DNA of 61,398 nucleotides, the filler included, from Dugesia japonica (Eukaryota), in NCBI GenBank assembly GCA_001938525.1. It is 6 parts of 6 records of this genome, joined end to end, with 100 filler letters (N's around TTAATTAATTAA, not from the genome) between each part and the next. Parts side by side here need not be neighbours in the genome. Positions count along the whole stretch, not along the records: positions 50,343 to 61,398 come from MQRL01637071.1; 5 more parts are not named here. One strand, written 5' to 3'. This document shows, piece after piece, positions 52,237 through 61,398 of the stretch. The translations under genes were made by a program, and so were the position numbers. The notes beneath the pieces are model-generated. The model made no database searches, was not told the DNA's origin, and saw nothing but the letters and a program-made list of their open reading frames with translations. Numbering within the stretch: the first letter of the stretch is position 1; each line of letters begins with the position of its first letter.

Positions 52237-52590
52237 NNNNNNNNNNNNNNNNNNNNNNNNNNNNNNNNNNNNNNNNNNNNNNNNNNNNNNNNNNNNNNNN
52301 NNNNNNNNNNNNNNNNNNNNNNNNNNNNNNNNNNNNNNNNNNNNNNNNNNNNNNNNNNNNNNNNNNNNNNNNNNNNNNNNNNNNNNNNNNNNNNNNNNNN
52401 NNNNNNNNNNNNNNNNNNNNNNNNNNNNNNNNNNNNNNNNNNNNNNNNNNNNNNNNNNNNNNNNNNNNNNNNNNNNNNNNNNNNNNNNNNNNNNNNNNNN
52501 NNNNNNNNNNNNTATTATTATTATTATTATTGTTATTATTACTATTATTATTATCATGATTATTATTACTATTATTATTATTATTAGTCC
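52171..52590. repeat. (TTA)n microsatellite spanning an N gap
   Basis: Direct observation. Confidence 0.9.
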
Positions 52591-53328
52591 AGTATTATCA
52601 TTACTATTACTACTATTCTTAACATTGATATCATTGGGACTATCGCTATTCTGATTAGTATTATTATTATTAATTATTAGTATTATCATTGTTAATATCC
52701 TTATAAATTTTAATCATCAGNNNNNNNNNNNNNNNNNNNNNNNNNNNNNNNNNNNNNNNNNNNNNNNNNNNNNNAGGAATAATTTCACTATAGTTAGTAA
52801 GATTACCGACTTGAGATCATCATTCGTGTTACCATTACTAAGAATTAATATTGCCATTTTCTTTAAATTATTTATATTGTTAGTAGTGGTCGCCACCATT
52901 GATATTATTATTTAGCGATAAGATTTATTACTATAGTCAACTTACAATTTTACTCCTAGCTTAGCCATCGAGATTAATATAATATTTTTACTCATGTCAT
53001 CAATAACCTCCCTATAATTACTATTAGAACCATGGTCTTTATAAACTTATAGTTAGAAACATTAGATACATTATCATTCAGTTATAACCACCGCTGTTAT
53101 TATAATACTAACATTAAATTTTGAAATATATAAATTAGTATTCTTCATTCGTTACCATAATGTTCTAGAGGTTTTAACTTATTGCCATTTCTTTTCTTAA
53201 CTTACCAGTAACAGAAGGCTACTATAACAATAAATACTTTTCTAAAATCTTAAGACTCACGATCGTCTTATTTCATTAACGAATAATGAAATTCAGATTA
53301 AGCACGATTTAATCTGATACTTTTAGAT

Positions 53329-53721
53329 ATGGACAAAAATGCCCCACAGAACGTGGCTAATTAGCACCTGTTCCAACTCAGACCAAGCCAAACCTTTGGA
53401 GCAGAGGTGCAAATCGCAGCTAGCTTTGATGGACAGCTAGCCANCACAACAAATTGGTCAAGAGCCTGTCAAGCTCTTCAGGAAAAAATAGGAATAATGG
53501 TGTTCAAGATGACCCAACTCCGTCGCCTAACTATTGACTATACCCGGAGGAACGCAGCCCAGGGTATGAAGATATGGGAGTTGGAGGCCGAGGTGGAGTG
53601 GCTCCGCATGGAAAACAAGCAATTAAGCGAGAGAGTACACTCCCAACCATCAACGTCCTCTGCAACTTCTCCTCCAAGAAAGATCCCGAAGGTTTTTGTG
53701 GATCTTTCCGATGACAGTTAA
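53329..53721 (+). CDS. Orphan coiled-coil ORF with C-terminal SIM-like motif (one early stop; possibly a terminal exon or pseudogene)
   Basis: GC-richer island preceded by TTTTAG. KIWELEAEVEWLRMENKQLSERV heptads, an S/T/P linker, SPPRK, and the ending KVFVDLSDDS*. Confidence 0.45.
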
Positions 53722-54489
53722 TTAAAAATCACATTTAAATTTCATGTANATTGTGTGCAAAATAGCATAATTGAACTATTTGATTTTTCTTTCTTTACGA
53801 CGTCTATCGTCGATACATAATGAATCCAAATTACACGCAGATGATGCGCTCATGCACTCTTGACGTCGGGCAAGAGTCACCGGGGCTGCCATGAAAATAC
53901 TCTCAGGACAGTATTTAAATCCCAGTTTGCGGGTTGTGTGTGATATATTTTTTGAGCCATATCACCCATGACCCCAACACTATTTTTAAATGAATACGAT
54001 TGCTTGAAAGTTATAATAGAAAAATATATTTACACATAAAACCAATACAATAAATGAGCTTAACATTTTAATAATATAATGTTAATAAATTGTTAAAATT
54101 ATTTGTTAAAATTATTACTGTTAAATTATTTACAAGGGGAAATTATTTCCTAGAGAAAATTATGTTCCCACCTCAGATAAACAAGCTGATGCCTAGAGCA
54201 TACCCGATATGCTAAAGAAATTCTATGGCTCCAATTTGTTGTGAGATATTTATTTTCATCCGTACTGTTGGAAAAACCATTTTGCTTAAAATATAAGTCA
54301 TCATAATCTTATTTATTTCTTAAATTTCATATATACAGTCATCTCTAATAAACTGTTTATACGATGTTTTGTTAGTAAAATTATTTACTAACATCATTAC
54401 TACTAAAACCGGCATACGTTTTTGAAAATAAACCCCGTTTAAAGGTAAAACTGATATTTCGAAATCACATATATGACGATTGGTGGTGT

Positions 54490-55363
54490 CAAAGTCTTAA
54501 ACTTCTGTCAAATTTTTAAACTTCAAGTTTTTCTTCTTCGGCATGGTATCTAAAGTCGTTCAGGTTTGTATTTTCTATTTAAAAAACCCTTTCAATAGCA
54601 ACATCTCAATTGATGACAACAGGATTTATTGCTCCACCAATTTGATTATTTTCTTATGCATCAATGAATTCTTGTAATATTATTTCTTCTTCGTTTAATT
54701 CATCAATCACTTCAAAACTGTTGTAATCTTCTGATGTAATAACATGTTTAATAGCTTACTGCTCTGATTCCATTTTGATTTCTTAGTTCTCTTATTTGAT
54801 ACATTTATTTGTCTATTTTACTTTCTATCTAAAATAGATTTTTATAATTATTTCTTATAACATTGTTCTGTATGTTTATTTCTTACACAACATGAACTTA
54901 CAGTTTCTTCTTATATGATTCAGTGTGTATTATGTAATTATTACAATGTGGTTAAAATTTTATATTATTTGTCTGTATTACGTAACTGCTTCTCGTATTT
55001 TTTGAAAAGTTTACCGAATTATCGGGTTTTTAATGGATGAATAAATTTGTGTGAATTACATACCTTTTGCTCGTATTTTACCTAATTATTTGAATAGTTT
55101 TATCTATTTTGCTTTCTCTCTTCAATTGAAACCCAAAAATGTGTTGAAAGTTCATCCTTCCAATAAAATCTGGATATATTTCTCTATCAATTCTATATCT
55201 AGCAAACAGGTTACTAACTTTTCTTGTTCATTCTGTGATTTAATTTCAGTTGTTTCAAAATATAGTTAACATTGTCTGATGAACATTTCTAAATCATCAT
55301 CCTTGCTTAAATTTTTGGGCAGTAATTTGTTTGCTATGGTGTCGGTTTTTACCTCTGCCACCA
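54490..55363 (-). mobile_element. Gypsy-like gag relic with PBS-like motif
   Basis: TGGTGGCAGAGG (55363-55352) followed by ANKLLPKNLSKDDDLEMFIRQC*LYFE..., the same N-terminal pattern as the gag at 48949. Confidence 0.6.
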
Positions 55364-56302
55364 TTTCAGGCATACTTACTTCTGAAGTATCTAAATCCAT
55401 ATTAACAAATAACGAATGATTTATAATATTTACTTTACGACAAAAATTAAATTCAAAATACTGTTAATTTAAATTTCGCTTTCTTTTAAACTCTTCCTTA
55501 AATAAATCAATCAATTAAAACACGCGCAAAATTTTGTTATTTATTAATTTTCCTCACAGTGGAAAATAAGAAAAAATATAGCTAAATAGGGGTAAATCAG
55601 GAAAATAGGAAGTAAATGACTATAGAAGGTGGGTAGATGGGCAAAAAGTGACAAAAATAGACTAATTAAGCATATTAAATGACTATGTATAGAATAAATG
55701 CGGTATAATTAGTGACTAAATTTACTCTATTAAATATTTTCTATGTCCAAATTCATATTTTTCAATGTTAAAACTTGTAATTTTTATAATAAGTCTATAA
55801 TTTGTCAATGATATTTCCATAGTTTTCCAATGATGAACCATTATTTTCTAATGTAAAACTCATATTTTCAATAATGATACCATATAATAATGTATAATTT
55901 ATAGTCAAATGGCTGATTTTACTGACTGATAATTATTTATTTAAAAGACATAATAAACCCAATAAAACCAAGGTGCACGCAGGGAAACCAAGAGCAAGCA
56001 AAGATGTAGGCAAATAGTTAAGGATTTTATTGAAAGGAATACATATATTTCATAAGATAAAACCCATATTTTTAATGTTGAAACCTAAATTAAACTCAAA
56101 TTGTAATGAACTCCATTATTTATTCAATAAATTAAATCATAACTTATTTATAGTATAGTATTGAGAAACATTAAACCATTAAACAGATAAAAGACTATAA
56201 ATCCTAAATACTTTGGAAAATCAAGTAACTCCTCCGAGGAATATTAATCAATATATATTTACAATGATATAAACAACTTTATATTATCTATTTAAATACA
56301 AA

Positions 56303-56500
56303 ATGAATTTGAAAAGAAGTGAAACATTCTTTACAAAAATTAATGCATTCTCTAACTACGAAGAGAATGAAAATTCTGCAAGCATTTCCATCGTTTGTTA
56401 TAGATGATTTACTCGAGATTATTATAAATATTGTTCGTTGTAATGTAACATTAAACGAAGAGAATAGAAAAGCATTGGATAAACATAAATTCTTTGTTTT
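56303..56500 (+). pseudogene. Small basic ORF of the type found in Polinton/adintovirus genomes (fragment)
   Basis: LQKLMHSLTTKRMKILQAFPSFVIDDLLEIIINIVRCNVTLNEENRKALDKHK resembles, from memory, the R..IL......I..L.E...N...GNV.L......L.KHK pattern of a small Polinton ORF. Not database-verified. Confidence 0.55.
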
Positions 56501-59500
56501 CAATTGTAAATACCAAGAATAAGAACTAAACCAGTTAATTGTTCACATATTTTCATGTTAATATAGTAAATTCCTTTGAAAATAAACCTTTTAATTTTTA
56601 AAACAAGTAATTAACCCAACCATTTGTCTATTCACTCTAAATAATCCCATCACTTAATACATTTGACCATTAACTTCAATAAAATATTTATTAAGTTCTA
56701 TAAATTTCCTTGGATTTTCTTAATAAATGTTTAATTAATTTTAATTACAACATACAAAATATAGACTCAGTTTTAAAAAATGAGTAAATTTTTTTTAAGT
56801 TACTTAGAATTTCAATAAATATATATTAAATGCCATAAACTTCTTTGGATTTCATTAAATTTCAACCAATAATCCAATTGAACCATTAGATAACATGAAT
56901 TGTATAAATGTTTAAATAAGAAATTCATTTACCTATGATATTTTTCCTTTCAAATATTTCAAAATTAATTAGTGAAATCTATAAATATTTTATTCAATCA
57001 AAACTTGTAATATTACTCAAATCAATAACTATTTGAGTAACTTATTTGATTTCTTGAATTTCATTTTAGAATTATGCTTATTTATTTCAGTATTTACTCT
57101 ATGTGAAACAATACTTTGTAAAGATTTTGATTCTTTATAATTAATTTTTAATTTGTAAAAGCTTAAATTCTATTGAGTAGTACCTACAATAAACATATAT
57201 GTAAGTAGTTTCCTCAGAATCTTCTATTTTGTTATTTGGTTCCATAAAAATTAACACTTGAGTTGTANNNNNNNNNNNNNNNNNNNNNNNNNNNNNNNNN
57301 NNNNNNNNNNNNNNNNNNNNNNNNNNNNNNNNNNNNNNNNNNNNNNNNNNNNNNNNNNNNNNNNNNNNNNNNNNNNNNNNNNNNNNNNNNNNNNNNNNNN
57401 NNNNNNNNNNNNNNNNNNNNNNNNNNNNNNNNNNNNNNNNNNNNNNNNNNNNNNNNNNNNNNNNNNNNNNNNNNNNAAAATTTCAAAATATTCCTATACT
57501 TTATTTAAAAATGTTTTATTCTGATCTTACTATTATTAATTCTGATATTTTTTTTAAATTACTATTCTTTTATTGATTTGCCACAAAAAATTATCCGAAT
57601 CAACCTGTCTATTTAATTTACCTCACAATATATTTATGTANNNNNNNNNNNNNNNNNNNNNNNNNNNNNNNNNNNNNNNNNNNNNNNNNNNNNNNNNNNN
57701 NNNNNNNNNNNNNNNNNNNNNNNNNNNNNNNNNNNNNNNNNNNNNNNNNNNNNNNNNNNNNNNNNNNNNNNNNNNNNNNNNNNNNNNNNNNNNNNNNNNT
57801 AATATTAAAATTATACTGACTAAAATGTCGATTTTAGAGTTACAGTTTTATCTTTTCTCATTATTTTCTTGCAACTACAGAAATATATTAATTCTCTTAA
57901 ACCCTCTTTATTTATAATGAAGTATCAACATTCGTTGTTTTCTACTAATGATTTTCAATTTCTTGTGATATGTTTACTAAATTTATCAGAAATAAAACGA
58001 TTGTGTTGTTGAAACAGGAATTATTTCTCCTAGGTTATAATCAGATAAAATATTTTATTAATTAGCAATCAAGAAAGAAATTTTCTCTGTGAAAAAAAAG
58101 AAAAAAAATAGAATCAACAGAAATTTATTCAATTAATAAATCGTTTTATACAAAAGAAATTTAGGATCTTTAATAAATACTGGGGAAAATATTAGAAAAC
58201 GAAATACATGGCTAAATTTTTGTAATGTATTAACTAAAAGGGTTAACATAATATTTCAATTATTTCAAAACAGAAAATAATCCATTTAATAATTAATTTT
58301 GAAATGTTAATCCGAATTAATTTAATTTATTTCATTAAAATAAAATATTAATGCGATCGCCTAATTAATTACTAATTTTAGATTCATCAATTTTACAAAA
58401 GTACAATTTCCGGAGAATATAAAAATAACTATGTAAAGCTAAGTTTTCTAAAAGATACATTTAGTTAAAGTATAATGTTTCAATTATTTTAAAAATATTT
58501 TGTTATTTGTTTTTTTTTAAAAAAACATTAATTTAGTAATAATGCATGCATTTTAATTGATTGATGCATTTCAGTAGAAAAGGTTTTGTTTTAAAATTTC
58601 ATTGGTCGAAAATTTGTGCAGGGAAAATATGAATAGTAAATTTGTTTAAATCTTATTGAATTTATATTATTTCTTTTCTAGCGTAATTTTAAAAATTGTT
58701 ATTTTAAATTAATTTTAAATTAAAAATGTAAAAAGTTTTTAAGTAAATAAATTTTGTTAGCAAATTTTTTAGCATGAAAACGTTTAGTTTTCAAATTTTA
58801 CGCTAACAAGTTTGAACTCTGATAAATTATGTAATTGGATTAATTTCATAATTTATAAGATGAAATTTATGGCTCAAGTTTTTAGGCTTTTTAGTTGGGA
58901 AATACTTTCTATGGTATTTTTGTTATGGGAAACCGAGTAAACAGTCCAAATGTTTTTATTTGGTGAGGTTGAATCTAGTAACTTTTTTTAGATAGTTTGG
59001 ACTGGTTTGGGTGATAATTTTTCTCGGCGAGGTTGAATCAGGTCTTGATGGGGATTTTAGATTATTTCGTAAATTATTTCTTCGGACTGATCAGTTTGGG
59101 TAATTTTTGGACAATCTTAGTTAATTATTTACTCACAAAGGTCAGTTTTAGGTGAACGTGAGTGATAATTTCCTCGGCGTGGTCAGTTTATGTTGAAAAT
59201 TTACAGAAATTCATGGGGAAAGTTCAACTTTTTAAATTTTCAAGTTTTTAAAGATAATTTAAATTTTTTGTGAAAATTCGGGTAAATAGCCCATGTTGTT
59301 TAAGTAATAATAATTTTTTAAATGAAACATACCAAATTTCAAAAAAATATTTTGAAAATTTTTTATCGAGATTTTTACATCAATCAACATCGGGATCATT
59401 TCTAGATAGAAAATAATTTTTTCTCAAATTTAACTATAAACTAGTCTATTCGGTTGAGACTTTTACGCTGATTATGACTGATATAATTAAAAATCTAGTG

Positions 59501-61398
59501 GTAAATGAACTATTTAATTAATATTTAATTATTTAAGCTGTTCTATATTTTTGCAATTTGAAATTAAATTAGATTTCGTGTGCATTTTAATTAATCCTTA
59601 ATTTATAATAAAAACGTTTTATTAATCATCAGATAATTTGTAAATATCTATTGAAAATGACCCATATAATTGATTGAATAAATTAAGTATGATGATTTGA
59701 TTAATTTTCAATGCGTAATTTGATTAAAACTATGCTTTTATGAGTAAATTGAATTATGTTTTAAATAAATTATTGAAGGTAATTTTTAAAATAAATTAAA
59801 TTTCATGTAAATTCTTTTATGGTTGAATTAAAATTATAATATGGATTTTATTAAGTATTGAAAATATTGCAAATAATTTGAATAATGTGTTTGAATAAAT
59901 TAAGTATGATGGATTTAATAACTTTCAAATAATTATCAAAAAACATTAATTTTAAGTGTTATTATATATTTTTGACTTTTTTAAATAAGAATTGAAAATT
60001 TAAGCTTTTTTAATTATAAAGAGAAAACAACTTTACAATTTATGGTTTCACATTCAGTAAATACTAAAAATAAATAAGGAGATTTCTAAATATAAATTCA
60101 AGATAAGTCCACAATATGAGTACAATACAAGCACAAGATTAGTCCAATATGAATACCGCAGAGTAGCATTCTAGTATCAACTGGGAAAGGTTATCATTTA
60201 ACATTACTGCTGATAATAATGATTTTAATAATAATTCTGTCAAAGGACAGTATGATTCATGGTCTACTATTATAAATTATCAAATAGTTAATCTTAAATC
60301 CATGCATACTACCTATAATTAAATTTTGAATATGTTTAAAAAAGCACATTGATTTCAAAGGTTAATATTCCCCGGAGAGTAAAAATAAATACTCTTTAAT
60401 TAATTCAATTTTTTAGGATTTTATAGAAATGAAGTATTTGGAAGTTTTAATAAAATGTGCGCTTTTCACCAGATAGTATACATCATTTTATAATTACAAT
60501 TATTGTGAGAATAATTGTTGAACTTAACCATTGATCGGATTTGAGATTTCATTAAAATAAGATAAAGCTTCGATCAAAACAAACATGTTCATCTTATAAT
60601 TACTTAATGTAAGACTCACTGGATATTGATGAAATTTATCAAAGATTTACTAGAAGTTTATGAAACTTTACAAACAATTGCGATACGTTTGTTAACTGAG
60701 TACAATACGCGTGTAAGATGACTACATTAAATTTTGAATTATATTCAGTATGAGTGCAATATGAATGAATTTTAAAAAAGATATATCCCTAATGGTGAGC
60801 ATTCTAATATCAACTTAGATAAAAGTAAATATAAATCATGAGAAATGATGGTTTTACGATAGAAAATAATGGTTTCGAATAATGCTCCAGATATTAGATT
60901 TAGTACTTTCTCTTAATTAACGAAGTTCAGTTCAGTTGTTAATTATCAAAAGAAATTAACAAATAACAAATATATTCATGTCATATACATATTCAAACAA
61001 AATATTTTCTTTTATTATTAACTATGCATCATATTTCGATCTTCACAGGATGTTTAATATACATGTAAAATTTTTATTCAAATATTATTTTTAAAAAGCT
61101 TATATTTCATTTTAATTTGAAATATAATCTTTATAAAAAAAATTGATAAAAAATGAAAATTAATTTTTTTTGAATAATTAAATGTTGACAATTATTTTAC
61201 CAATATTTCGAGCAGCATTTAATTTTATTTATTCATTTTAGAAAATAATCCCAGCAGCGATTATTTTGTGTAATCTGAATATAATGCATTATTAACAATA
61301 AAATTATTAGATTAATTGTTGATATGAACAACAGGTATTGGATATATGAGAAATTTTGGCATTAATTTATTATAATAACAGTTTAAAATATTATTATA

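Larger units (their letters stand above)
50775..53979. mobile_element. About 3.2-kb TG...CA element with 4-bp TSD (large solo LTR or internally deleted integrase-type element)
   Basis: CTAT|TGTTGGG ... CCCAACA|CTAT: 7-bp terminal inverted repeat with perfect CTAT duplication. Contains N gaps, (TTA)n tracts and a GC-richer ORF. Confidence 0.6.

Noticed and set aside
52149-52899. Poly-Ile/poly-Leu ORFs and other X-rich ORFs in the track
   Set aside because: These are translations of (TTA)n microsatellites and N gaps.
58930-59195. Degenerate 50-70 bp repeats (TTCTCGGCGAGGT-like) as a CRISPR-like array
   Set aside because: Units are irregular and diverged, there is no repeat-spacer regularity, and the context is eukaryotic. 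Probably an old TE-internal repeat.

Overview
Very AT-rich, repeat-dense eukaryotic DNA. It is metazoan, and most likely a triclad flatworm, inferred from 41-46 nt introns, the rRNA fragments and the TE spectrum. The window is not one contiguous locus: five identical artificial 100-bp joints (44 N + TTAATTAATTAA + 44 N) split it into six segments of about 8-12 kb. Two host genes are recognisable. One is a Mediator subunit MED12 with no visible coding intron (minus strand, 30053-35972). The other is two exons of a Cys-loop, nAChR-like non-alpha ion channel (14195-14881). Most of the rest is decayed mobile DNA: Gypsy LTR relics, piggyBac, Tigger/pogo, mariner, Tc1, hAT, MITEs, Penelope-like RT and hammerhead relics, satellites, and 5S and 18S rRNA fragments. 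The most notable content is a set of Polinton/Maverick-like (adintovirus-like) relics: two protein-primed PolB pseudogenes, a small Polinton-type basic ORF, and two matching element termini. In segment 1 a gene-dense block ends in one of these termini. It contains a frameshifted miniature TATA-binding protein (TBP) gene that the ORF track misses, micro-intron-containing orphan genes, an RFX X-box array and an AP-1-rich terminal region. My lead hypothesis, which is inference, is an endogenous Polinton-like virus carrying its own TBP homologue.
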